The notes below the pieces were generated by a model that saw only the letters and a program-made list of their open reading frames with translations, searched no databases and was not told the origin of the DNA. Position numbers and translations under genes: made by a program. 64,000 nucleotides of DNA from assembly GCF_009914755.1 (NCBI RefSeq), contig NC_060948.1. The stretch is one strand, 5' to 3'. Origin of the DNA: the human T2T-CHM13v2.0 reference genome, Homo sapiens. Shown here in pieces: positions 46,491 through 64,000 of this stretch; position 1 is the first letter of the stretch, and each line of letters starts with the position of its first letter.

Positions 46491-48594
46491 GATCCATATT
46501 TTTTAAATGAAAAAAAATTTCAAAGGTACTCTGCTTGGTACAATAATCAAATGTATAAACTGAGGAATAAAACATAACCATGAAACCTACTTATAACTGC
46601 ATATGGAAAATACAGAGGATAATTTTTTAAATAACATATTTTGAAAGCCTTAACTAGTAATTTGAAGAGTTGGCATTTGAAAGGCCAGTATGAATATACC
46701 TTCAAAGCAGCAACACAGGTTCCCCATGAGAAAAAGCAAACTCAGGGAAAATAAAACCACAAAGGTTCAATCTCTTCTGACCTTTGAAAGACACAGCACA
46801 GACAGTCGTCCTTAGGACGAAGAGCAGGAGACCCCTAATTCCGTCACCATGGCGATAGGGCATAAGCATTGCTGGGTGAGGGCACAATCCACATTGTGAG
46901 GTCCAACTGCTGCCAGGAAGACAGGAGTGCTTTTACATAGACCGAAAGGTCATTGAAGGCTCAGAGTTTTGTTTCAAGAACTGAATCCCAAGCCCTCACG
47001 TTATTAGGCTGCGCTTCTTAAAACAAGTTATGAGATGGGAAAAAGGTCACCCACAAACATACGTATACATTATGTATATAATAATATACAGTATCATATA
47101 TATAATATATATAACCTATGTATAATATTGTTTTACATCCTGCATCTTATATTATATATATTGTATAAAATATAATAATTGATAATATATAAGTTTTATA
47201 TTTATACAATATGACATATAGTATATATTATAATTTATGACATATATAATATATGTTATATATTATATATAGAATATATTATACGGTTAATATACGTATT
47301 AAATATAAATTATACATTATATATATTATATATAATATATCTGTTATATATAATACCCATTATGCATAATATATATATTATGTCTATGTTATATATAGTG
47401 TAAAACAACATATAATAATATATAATTGTATATATAAAATGCGACATGTAATATATATTATATTTTATGACATATGTAATATATATTATATATTATATAT
47501 AATACGTTGTATGTATAATACCTATATTAAATATATATTATATGACTATGTTATTAATTACATGTCACATGTGTTATATAGTATATATTTTGAATAGAAT
47601 ATACCGGTTACATACAATATATACTATGTTACCTATAATGTATAATTTATTATATGTAAAATAAAGAATGCAATATATTATGTATAATTTATAATATACA
47701 ATATGTGGAATGTGATATATATAACATATAATATATGATATATGATATACAGTATATGATATATAACATACAATATATGATACCTAATATATATGGTGTA
47801 CAATATATATTTTATGATATGTATTCTCTATGTTTTATATTCTGTTATATATAACTATTTAAAATTATATATAAATGTATAATATTTTATGTAAATATGT
47901 AATATAATATATATAACTATATAATGTATTATATATAACTATATATTATGTTATATATACTTTTATAAAATAAATTACATAAAATATCATAATATAATAT
48001 ATATTATATTATTTCATATTACTTAAGATATATTACATATCACCCAATATAAGTAACATACATAATATTATAATATAGATTATATTATGTTATATTAAAT
48101 ATCATATATATCATGTATCATATATTCCATAATATATTTTATACATTATATAATATGTATGTTGTCAATTATGTGATATATATAACTTTATATATAATTA
48201 TATTATTATACATATAACTAGATAAACATGTAATTCTACATATTTTCATTTATAATATATAGAATTATATAATCATATATAATTATTTATATTCTATAAA
48301 AAATTATATCATTATATAAATTATAATATATAAAAATTATAATATATACTACAAATATATATATTATATATCATATATGATATAGTACCTTTGTTATATA
48401 TCATAATACATATAAATGTGTATTATGTTATCTATAATTATATAATTTCATATATAAGATGTATAATATGTATTATATATTATATATGATATGTAATATA
48501 TATAGTATGTATAAGATGACACAGGATAAATATTATATACTATGACATATAAAATATATGAGGTTATATGTTACATATAAGGCATAGCACATAA

Positions 48595-48910
<316 letters not shown>

Positions 48911-51015
48911 AGATCCATATTTTTTAAATGAAAAAAAGTTTCAAAGGTACTCTGCTTGGTACAATAATCAAATGTATAAACTGAGGAATAAAACATAAGC
49001 ATGAAACCTACTTATAACAGCATATGGAAAATACAGGGGATAATTTTTTAAATAACATATTTTGAAAGCCTTAACTAGTAATTTGAAGAGTTGGCATTTG
49101 AAAGGCCAGTATGAATATACCTTCAAAGCAGCAACACAGGTTCCCCATGAGAAAAAGCAAACTCAGGGAAAATAAAACCACAAAGGTTCAATCTCTTCTG
49201 ACCTTGGAAAGACACAGCACAGACAGTGGTCCTTAGGACGAAGAGCAGGAGACCCCTAATTCCGTCACCATGGCGATAGGGCATAAACATTGCTGGGTGA
49301 GGGCACAATCCACATTGTGAGGTCCAACTGCTGCCAGGAAGACAGGAGTGCTTTTACATAGACCGAAAGGTCATTGAAGGCTCAGAGTTTTGTTTCAAGC
49401 ACTGAATCCCAAGCCCACACGTTATTAGGCTGCGCTTCTTAAAACAAGTTATGAGATGGGAAAAAGGGCACCCACAAACATACGTATACATTATGTATAT
49501 AATAATATACAGTATCATATATATAATGTATATAACCTATGTATAATATTGTTTTACATCCTGCATCTTATATTATATATATTGTATAAAATAAAATAAT
49601 TGATAATATATATGTTTTATATTTATACAATATGACATATAGTATATATTATAATTTATGACATATATTATATATGTTATATATCATATATGGAATATAT
49701 TATACGGTTAATATTCGTATTAAATATAAATTATACATTATATATATTATATATAATATATCTGTTATATATAATACGCATTATGCATAATATATATATT
49801 ATGTCTATGTTATATATAGTATAAAACAACATATAATAATATATAATTGTATATATAAAATGAGACATATAATATATATTATATTTTATGACATATGTAA
49901 TATATATTATATATTATATATAATACGTTGTATGTATAATACCTATATTAAATATATATTATATGACTATGTTATTAATTACATGTCACATATGTTATAT
50001 ATTATATATTTTACATAGAATATGCCGGTTACATACAATATATACTATGTTACCCATAATGAATAATTTATTACATGTAAAATAAAGAATGCAATATATT
50101 ATGTATAATTTATAATATACAATATGTGGAATGTGATACATATAACATATAATATATGATATATGATATACAGTATATGATATATAACATACAATATATG
50201 ATACCTAATATATATGGAATATAATATATATTTTATGATATGTATCCTATATGTTTTATATTCTGTTATATATAACTATTTGAAATTATATATAACTGTG
50301 TAATATTTTATGTAAATATGTAATATAATATATACAACTATATAATATATTATATATAACTATATATTATGTTATATATACTTTTATAACATAATTTACA
50401 TAAAATATCATAATAAAATATATGTTATATTATTTCACATTACGTAATGTATATTACATATCACCCAATATAAGTAACATACATAATATTATAATATAGA
50501 TTATATTATGTTATATTAAATCTCATATATATCATGTATCATATATTCTATAATATATATTATACATTATATAATATGTATGTTGTCTATTATGTGAGAT
50601 ATATAACTGTATATATAATTATATTATTATACATATAACTAGATAAACATGTAATTCTACATATTTTCCTTTATAATATATAGAATTATATAATCATATA
50701 TAATTATTTATATTCTATAAAAAATTATATCATTATATAAATTATAATATTTAAAAACTATAATATGTACTACAAATATATATGTTATATATCATATATG
50801 ATATAGTACCTTTGTTATATATCATAATACATATAAATGTGTATTATGTTATCTATAATTATATAATTTCATTTATAAGATGTATAATATGTATTATATA
50901 TTATATACGTTATGTAATATATATAGTATATTTAACCTGACACAGGATAAATATTATATACTATGACATATAAAATATATGAGGTTATATGTTACATATA
51001 AGGCATAGCATATAA

Positions 51016-51331
<316 letters not shown>

Positions 51332-53436
51332 AGATCCATATTTTTTAAATGAAAAAAAATTTCAAAGGTACTCTGCTTGGTACAATAATCAAATGTATAA
51401 ACTGAGGAATAAAACATAACCATGAAACCTACTTATGACAGCATATGGAAAATGCAGAGGATAATTTTTTAAATAACATATTTTGAAAGCCTTACCTAGT
51501 AATTTGAAGAGTTGGCATTTGAAAGGCCAGTATGAATATACCTTCAAAGCAGCAACACAGGTTCCCCATGAGAAAAATCAAACTCAGGGAAAATAAAACC
51601 ACAAAGGTTCAATCTCTTCTGACCTTTGAAAGACACAGCACAGACAGTGGTCCTTAGGACGAAGAGCAGGAGACCCCTAATTCCGTCACCATGGCGATAG
51701 GGCATAAACATTGCTGGGTGAGGGCACAATCCACATTGTGAGGTCCAACTGCTGCCAGGAAGACAGGAGTGCTTTTACATAGACCGAAAGGTCATTGAAG
51801 GCTCAGAGTTTTGTTTCAAGCACTGAATCCCAAGCCCACACGTTATTAGGCTGCGCTTCTTAAAACAAGTTATGAGATGGGAAAAAGGGCACCCACAAAC
51901 ATACGTATATATTATGTATATAATAATATACAGTATCATATATATAATATATATAACTTATGTATAATATTGTTTTACATCCTGCATCTTCTGTTATATA
52001 TATTGTATAAAATATAATAATTGATAATATATAAGTTTTATATATATACAATATGACATATAGTATATATTATAATTTATGACATATATAATATATGTTA
52101 TGTATCATATATAGAATATATTATACGGTTAATATACGTATTAAATATAAATTATACATTATATATATTATATATAATATATCTGTTATATATAATACCC
52201 ATTATGCATAATATATATATTATGTCTATGTTATATATAGTATAAAACAACACATAATAATATACAATTGTATATATAAAATGCGACATATAATATATAT
52301 TATATTTTATGACATATGTAATATATATTATATATTATATATAATACGTTGTAGGTATAATTCCTATATTAAATATATATTATAGGACTATGTTATTAAT
52401 TACATGTCACATATGTTATATATTATATATTTTACATAGAATATACCGGTTACATACAATATATACTATGTTACCTATAATGTATAATTTATTACATGTA
52501 AAATAAAGATTGCAATATACTATGTATAATTTATAGTATACAATATGTGGATTGTGATATATATAACATATAATATATGATATATGATATACAGTATATG
52601 ATATATAACATACAATATATGATACCTAATATATATGGTATACAATATATATTTTATGATATGTATTCTCTATGTTTTATATTCTGTTATATATAACTAT
52701 TTGAAATTATATATAACTGTATAATATTTTATGTAAATATGTAATATAATATATATAACTATATAATATATTATATATAACTATATATTATGTTATATAT
52801 AGTTTTATAACATAATTTACATAAAATATCATAATATAATATATATTATATTATTTCATATTACATAATATATATTACATATCACCCAATATAAGTAACA
52901 TACATAATATTATAATATAGATTATATTATGTTATATTAAATATCATATATATCATGTATCATATATTCTATAATATATATTACACATTATATAATATGT
53001 ATGTTGTCTATTATGTGATATATAGAACTATATATATAATTATATTATTATACATATAACTAGATAAACATGTAATTCTACATATTTTCATTTATAATAT
53101 ATAGAATTATATAATCATATATAATTATTTATATTCTATAAAAAATTATATCATTATATAAATTATAATATATGAAAATTATAATATGTTTTACAAATAT
53201 ATATATTATATATCATATATGATATAGTACCTTTGTTATATATCATAATACATATAAATGTGTATTATGTTATCTATAATTATATAAATTCATATATAAG
53301 ATGTATAATATGTATCATATATTATATATGTTATGTAATATATATAGTATATATAAGCTGACACAGGATAAATATTATATACTATGACATATAAAATATA
53401 TGAGGTTATATGTTACATATAAGGCATAGCACATAA

Positions 53437-53751
<315 letters not shown>

Positions 53752-55856
53752 AGATCCATATTTTTTAAATGAAAAAAAATTTCAAAGGTACTCTGCTTGG
53801 TACAATAATCAAATGTATAAACTGAGGAATAAAACATAACCATGAAACCTACTTATAACTGCATGTGGAAAATACAGAGGATAATTTTTTAAATAACATA
53901 TTTTGAAAGCCTTAACTAGTAATTTGAAGAGTTGGCATTTGAAAGGCCAGTATGAATATACCTTCAAAGCAGCAACACAGGTTCCCCATGAGGAAAAGCA
54001 AACTCAGGGAAAATAAAACCACAAAGGTTCAATCTCTTCTGACCTTTGAAAGACACAGCACAGACAGTGGTCCTTAGGACGAAGAGCAGGAGACCCCTAA
54101 TTCCGTCACCATGGCGATAGGGCATAAACATTGCTGGGTGAGGGCACAATCCACATTGTGAGGTCCAACTGCTGCCAGGAAGACAGGACTGCTTTTACAT
54201 AGACCGAAAGGTCATTGAAGGCTCAGAATTTTGTTTCAAGAACTGAATCCCAAGCCCACACGTTATTAGGCTGCGCTTCTTAAAACAGGTTATGAGATGG
54301 GAAAAAGGGCACCCACAAACATACGTATACATTATGTATATAATAATATACAGTATCATATATATAATATATATAACCTATGTATAATATTGTTTTACAT
54401 CCTGCATCTTATGTTATATATATTGTATAAAATATAATAATTGATAATATATAAGTATTATATTTATACAATATGGCATATAGTATATATTATAATTTAT
54501 GACATATATAATATATGTTATATATCATATATATAATATATTATATGGTTAATATACGTATTAAATATAAATTTTACATTATATATATTATATAAAATAT
54601 ATCTGATATATATAATACCCATTATGCATAATATATATATTATGTATATGTTATATATAGTATAAAACAACACATAATAATATATAATTCTATATATAAA
54701 ATGCGACATATAATATATATTATATTTTACGACATATGTAATATATATTATATATTATATATAATACGTTGTAGGTATAATTCCTATATTAAATATATAT
54801 TATAGGACTATGTTATTAATTACATGTCACATATGTTATATATTATATATTTTACATAGAATATACCGGTTACATACAATATATACTATGTTACCTATAA
54901 TGTATAATTTATTACATGTAAAATAAAGATTGCAATATATTATGTATAATTTATAGTATACAATATGTGGATTGTGATATATATAACATATAATATATGA
55001 TATATGATATACAGTATATGATATATAACATGCAATATATGATACCTAATATATATGGTATACAATATATATTTTATGATATGTATTCTATATGTTTTAT
55101 ATTCTGTTATATATAACTATTTGAAATTATATATAACTGTATAATATTTTATGTAAATATGTAATATAATATATATAACTATATAATATATTATATATAA
55201 CTATATATTATGTTATATATAGTTTTATAACATAATTTACATAAAATATCATAATATAATATATATTATATTATTTCATATTACATAATATATATTACAT
55301 ATCACCCAATATAAGTAACATACATAATATTATAATATAGATTATATTATGTTATATTAAATATCATATATATCATGTATCATATATTCTATAATATATA
55401 TTACACATTATATAATATGTATGTTGTCTATTATGTGATATATAGAACTATATATATAATTATATTATTATACATATAACTACATAAACATGTAATTCTA
55501 AATATTTTCATTTATAATATATAGAATTATATAATCATATATAATTATTTATATTCTATAAAAAATTATATCATTATATAAATTATAATATATAAAAATT
55601 ATAATATGTACTACAAATATATATATTATATATCATATATGATATAGTACCTTTGTTATATATCATAATACATATAAATGTGTATTATGTTATCTATAAT
55701 TATATAAATTCATATATAAGATGTATAATATGTATCATATATTATATATATTATGTAATATATATAGTATATATAAGCTGACACAGGATAAATATTATAT
55801 ACTATGACATATAAAATATATGAGGTTATATGTTACATATAAGGCATAGCACATAA

Positions 55857-56171
<315 letters not shown>

Positions 56172-58276
56172 AGATCCATATTTTTTAAATGAAAAAAAAT
56201 TTCAAAGGTACTCTGCTTGGTACAATAATCAAATGTATAAACTGAGGAATAAAACATAACCATGAAACCTACTTATAACTGCATATGGAAAATACAGAGG
56301 ATAATTTTTTAAATAACATATTTTGAAAGCCTTAACTAGTAATTTGAAGAGTTGGTATTTGAAAGGCCAGTATGAATATACCTTCAAAGCAGCAACACAG
56401 GTTCCCCATGAGGAAAAGCAAACTCAGGGAAAATAAAACCACAAAGGTTCAATCTCTTCTGACCTTTGAAAGACACAGCACAGACAGTGGTCCTTAGGAC
56501 GAAGAGCAGGAGACCCCTAATTCCGTCACCATGGCGATAGGGCATAAACATTGCTGGGTGAGGGCACAATCCACATTGTGAGGTCCAACTGCTGCCAGGA
56601 AGACAGGAGTGCTTTTACATAGACCGAAAGGTCATTGAAGGCTCAGAGTTTTGTTTCAAGAACTGAATCCCAAGCCCACACGTTATTAGGCTGCGCTTCT
56701 TAAAACAGGTTATGAGATGGGAAAAAGGGCACCCACAAACATACGTATACATTATGTATATAATAATATACAGTATCATATATATAATATATATAACCTA
56801 TGTATAATATTGTTTTACATCCTGCATCTTATGTTATATATATTGTATAAAATATAATAATTGATAATATATAAGTATTATATTTATACAATATGGCATA
56901 TAGTATATATTATAATTTATGACATATATAATATATGTTATATATCATATATATAATATATTATATGGTTAATATACGTATTAAATATAAATTTTACATT
57001 ATATATATTATATAAAATATATCTGATATATATAATACCCATTATGCATAATATATATATTATGTCTATGTTATATATAGTATAAAACAACACATAATAA
57101 TATATAATTCTATATATAAAATGCGACATATAATATATATTATATTTTACGACATATGTAATATATATTATATATTATATATAATACGTTGTAGGTATAA
57201 TTCCTATATTAAATATATATTATAGGACTATGTTATTAATTACATGTCACATATGTTATATATTATATATTTTACATAGAATATACCGGTTACATACAAT
57301 ATATACTATGTTACCTATAATGTATAATTTATTACATGTAAAATAAAGATTGCAATATATTATGTATAATTTATAGTATACAATATGTGGATTGTGATAT
57401 ATATAACATATAATATATGATATATGATATACAGTATATGATATATAACATGCAATATATGATACCTAATATATATGGTATACAATATATATTTTATGAT
57501 ATGTATTCTATATGTTTTATATTCTGTTATATATAACTATTTGAAATTATATATAACTGTATAATATTTTATGTAAATATGTAATATAATATATATAACT
57601 ATATAATATATTATATATAACTATATATTATGTTATATATAGTTTTATAACATAATTTACATAAAATATCATAATATAATATATATTATATTATTTCATA
57701 TTACATAATATATATTACATATCACCCAATATAAGTAACATACATAATATTATAATATAGATTATATTATGTTATATTAAATATCATATATATCATGTAT
57801 CATATATTCTATAATATATATTACACATTATATAATATGTATGTTGTCTATTATGTGATATATAGAACTATATATATAATTATATTATTATACATATAAC
57901 TACATAAACATGTAATTCTAAATATTTTCATTTATAATATATAGAATTATATAATCATATATAATTATTTATATTCTATAAAAAATTATATCATTATATA
58001 AATTATAATATATAAAAATTATAATATGTACTACAAATATATATATTATATATCATATATGATATAGTACCTTTGTTATATATCATAATACATATAAATG
58101 TGTATTATGTTATCTATAATTATATAAATTCATATATAAGATGTATAATATGTATCATATATTATATATGTTATGTAATATATATAGTATATATAAGCTG
58201 ACACAGGATAAATATTATATACTATGACATATAAAATATATGAGGTTATATGTTACATATAAGGCATAGCACATAA

Positions 58277-58591
<315 letters not shown>

Positions 58592-60719
58592 AGATCCATA
58601 TTTTTTAAATGAAAAAAAATTTCAAAGGTACTCTGCTTGGTACAATAATCAAATGTATAAACTGAGGAATAAAACATAACCATGAAACCTACTTATAACT
58701 GCATATGGAAAATACAGAGGATAATTTTTTAAATAACATATTTTGAAAGCCTTAACTAGTAATTTGAAGAGTTGGTATTTGAAAGGCCAGTATGAATATA
58801 CCTTCAAAGCAGCAACACAGGTTCCCCATGAGGAAAAGCAAACTCAGGGAAAATAAAACCACAAAGGTTCAATCTCTTCTGACCTTTGAAAGACACAGCA
58901 CAGACAGTGGTCCTTAGGACGAAGAGCAGGAGACCCCTAATTCCGTCACCATGGCGATAGGGCATAAACATTGCTGGGTGAGGGCACAATCCACATTGTG
59001 AGGTCCAACTGCTGCCAGGAAGACAGGACTGCTTTTACATAGACCGAAAGGTCATTGAAGGCTCAGAGTTTTGTTTCAAGAACTGAATCCCAAGCCCACA
59101 CGTTATTAGGCTGCGCTTCTTAAAACAGGTTATGAGATGGGAAAAAGGGCACCCACAAACATACGTATACATTATGTATATAATAATATACAGTATCATA
59201 TATATAATATATATAAACTATGTATAATATTGTTTTACATCCTGCATCTTATGTTATATATATTGTATAAAATATAATAATTGATAATATATAAGTATTA
59301 TATTTATACAATATGGCATATAGTATATATTATAATTTATGACATATATAATATATGTTATATATCATATATATAATATATTATATGGTTAATATACGTA
59401 TTAAATATAAATTTTACATTATATATATTATATAAAATATATCTGATATATATAATACCCATTATGCATAATATATATATTATGTCTATGTTATATATAG
59501 TATAAAACAACACATAATAATATATAATTCTATATATAAAATGCGACATATAATATATATTATATTTTACGACATATGTAATATATATTATATATTATAT
59601 ATAATACGTTGTAGGTATAATTCCTATATTAAATATATATTATAGGACTATGTTATTAATTACATGTCACATATGTTATATATTATATATTTTACATAGA
59701 ATATACCGGTTACATACAATATATACTATGTTACCTATAATGTATAATTTATTACATGTAAAATAAAGATTGCAATATATTATGTATAATTTATAGTATA
59801 CAATATGTGGATTGTGATATATATAACATATAATATATGATATATGATATACAGTATATGATATATAACATGCAATATATGATACCTAATATATATGGTA
59901 TACAATATATATTTTATGATATGTATTCTATATGTTTTATATTCTGTTATATATAACTATTTGAAATTATATATAACTGTATAATATTTTATGTAAATAT
60001 GTAATATAATATATATAACTATATAATATATTATATATAACTATATATTATGTTATATATAGTTTTATAACATAATTTACATAAAATATCATAATATAAT
60101 ATATATTATATTATTTCATATTACATAATATATATTACATATCACCCAATATAAGTAACATACATAATATTATAATATAGATTATATTATGTTATATTAA
60201 ATATCATATATATCATGTATCATATATTCTATAATATATATTACACATTATATAATATGTATGTTGTCTATTATGTGATATATAGAACTATATATATAAT
60301 TATATTATTATACATATAACTACATAAACATGTAATTCTAAATATTTTCATTTATAATATATAGAATTATATAATCATATATAATTATTTATATTCTATA
60401 AAAAATTATATCATTATATAAATTATAATATATAAAAATTATAATATGTACTACAAATATATATATTATATATCATATATGATATAGTACCTTTGTTATA
60501 TATCATAATACATATAAATGTGTATTATGTTATCTATAATTATATAAATTCATATATAAGATGTATAATATGTATCATATATTATATATGTTATGTAATA
60601 TATATAGTATATATAAGCTGACACAGGATAAATATTATATACTATGACATATAAAATATATGAGGTTATATGTTACATATAATTCATAGCACATAACATG
60701 TAACATATATCATATATAA

Positions 60720-61011
<292 letters not shown>

Positions 61012-63112
61012 AGATCCATATTTTTTAAATGAAAAAAAATTTCAAAGGTACTCTGCTTGGTACAATAATCAAATGTATAAACTGAGGAATAAAACATAAC
61101 CATGAAACCTACTTATAACTGCAAATGGAAAATACAGAGGATAATTTTTTAAATAACATATTTTGAAAGCCTTAACTAGTAATTTGAAGAGTTGGTATTT
61201 GAAAGGCCAGTATGAATATACCTTCAAAGCAGCAACACAGGTTCCCCATGAGGAAAAGCAAACTCAGGGAAAATAAAACCACAAAGGTTCAATCTCTTCT
61301 GACCTTTGAAAGACACAGCACAGACAGTGGTCCTTAGGACGAAGAGCAGGAGACCCCTAATTCCGTCACCATGGCGATAGGGCATAAACATTGCTGGGTG
61401 AGGGCACAATCCACATTGTGAGGTCCAACTGCTGCCAGGAAGACAGGAGTGCTTTTACATAGACCGAAAGGTCATTGAAGGCTCAGAGTTTTGTTTCAAG
61501 AACTGAATCCCAAGCCCACACGTTATTAGGCTGCGCTTCTTAAAACAGGTTATGAGATGGGAAAAAGGGCACCCACAAACATACGTATACATTATGTATA
61601 TAATAATATACAGTATCATATATATAATATATATAACCTAAGTATAATATTGTTTTACATCCTGCATCTTATGTTATATATATTGTATAAAATATAATAA
61701 TTGATAATATATAAGTATTATATTTATACAATATGGCATATAGTATATATTATAATTTATGACATATATAATATATGTTATATATCATATATAGAATATA
61801 TTATATGGTTAATATACGTATTAAATATAAATTTTACATTATATATATTATATATAATATATCTGATATATATAATACCCATTATGCATAATATATATAT
61901 TATGTCTATGTTATATATAGTATAAAACAACACATAATAATATATAATTGTATATATAAAATGCGACATATAATATATATTATATTTTACGACATATGTA
62001 ATATATATTATATATTATATATAATACGTTGTAGGTATAATTCCTATATTAAATATATATTATAGGACTATGTTATTAATTACATGTCACATATGTTATA
62101 TATTATATATTTTACATAGAATACACCGGTTACATACAATATATACTATGTTACCTATAATGTATAATTTATTACATGTAAAATAAAGAATGCAATATAT
62201 TATGTATAATTTATAATATACAATATGTGGAATGTGATATATATAACATATAATATATGATATATGATATACAGTATATGATATATAACATACAATGTAT
62301 GATACCTAATATATATGGTATACAATATATATTTTATGATATGTATTCTATATGTTTTATATTCTGTTATATATAACTATTTGAAATTATATATAACTGT
62401 ATAATATTTTATGTAAATATGTAATATAATATATAACTATATAATATATTATATATAACTATATATTATGTTATATATACTTTTATAACATAATTTACAT
62501 AAAATATCATAATATAATATATATTATATTATTTCATATTACATAATATATATTACATATCACCCAATATAAGTAACATACATAATATTATAATATAGAT
62601 TATATTATGTTATATTAAATATCATATATATCATGTATCATATATTCTATAGTATATATGATACATTATATAATATGTATGTTGTCTATTATGTGATATA
62701 TATAACTATATATAATTATATTATTATACATATTACTAGATAAACATGTAATTCTACATATTTTCATTTATAATATATAGAATTATATAATCATATATAA
62801 TTATTTATATTCTATAAAAAATTATATCATTATATAAATTATAATATATAAAAATTATAATATGTACTACAAATATATATATTATATATCATATATGATA
62901 TAGTACCTTTGTTATATATCATAATACATATAAATGTGTATTATGTTATCTATAATTATATAATTTCATATATAAGATGTATAATATGTATTATATATTA
63001 TATATGTTATGTAATATATATAGTATATATAAGATGACACAGGATAAATATTATATACTATGACATATAAAATATATGAGGTTATATGTTACATATAAGG
63101 CATAGCACATAA

Positions 63113-63427
<315 letters not shown>

Positions 63428-64000
63428 AGATCCATATTTTTTAAATGAAAAAAAATTTCAAAGGTACTCTGCTTGGTACAATAATCAAATGTATAAACTG
63501 AGGAATAAAACATAACCATGAAACCTACTTATAACTGCATATGGAAAATACAGAGGATAATTTTTTAAATAACATATTTTGAAAGCCTTAACTAGTAATT
63601 TGAAGAGTTGGCATTTGAAAGGCCAGTATGAATATACCTTCAAAGCAGCAACACAGGTTCCCCATGAGAAAAAGCAAACTCAGGGAAAATAAAACCACAA
63701 AGGTTCAATCTCTTCTGACCTTTGAAAGACACAGCACAGACAGTGGTCCTTAGGACGAAGAGCAGGAGACCCCTAATTCCGTCACCATGGCGATAGGGCA
63801 TAAACATTGCTGGGTGAGGGCACAATCCACATTGTGAGGTCCAACTGCTGCCAGGAAGACAGGAGTGCTTTTACATAGACCGAAAGGTCATTGAAGGCTC
63901 AGAGTTTTGTTTCAAGAACTGAATCCCAAGCCCACACGTTATTAGGCTGCGCTTCTTAAAACAAGTTATGAGATGGGAAAAAGGGCACCTACAAACATAC

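Overview
This window is entirely tandem satellite DNA and matches human Y-chromosome Yq12 heterochromatin at a DYZ1/DYZ2 block boundary. Bases 1-26097 are a (GGAAT)n-derived HSat3 array with a ~3.56 kb unit (DYZ1). It holds six full units of 3543-3579 bp, one internally deleted 2061 bp unit and a truncated last unit. Bases ~26095-64000 are a ~2.42 kb composite tandem repeat (DYZ2/HSat1B). Each unit has a ~1.55 kb AT-rich segment, a diverged minus-strand Alu and a ~575 bp HSATI-like segment, with 16 Alu/HSATI copies in all. Both arrays keep one orientation throughout. No credible protein-coding gene, RNA gene or CRISPR array is present, and all listed ORFs are repeat artefacts. I found no evidence of a new protein-based system. 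The points of interest are structural: the junction, two internal deletions, recent duplication blocks, the subfamily of the Alu, and a possibly intact Pol III A-box/B-box/terminator cassette repeated every 2.4 kb. All comparisons were made by eye, without alignment tools.
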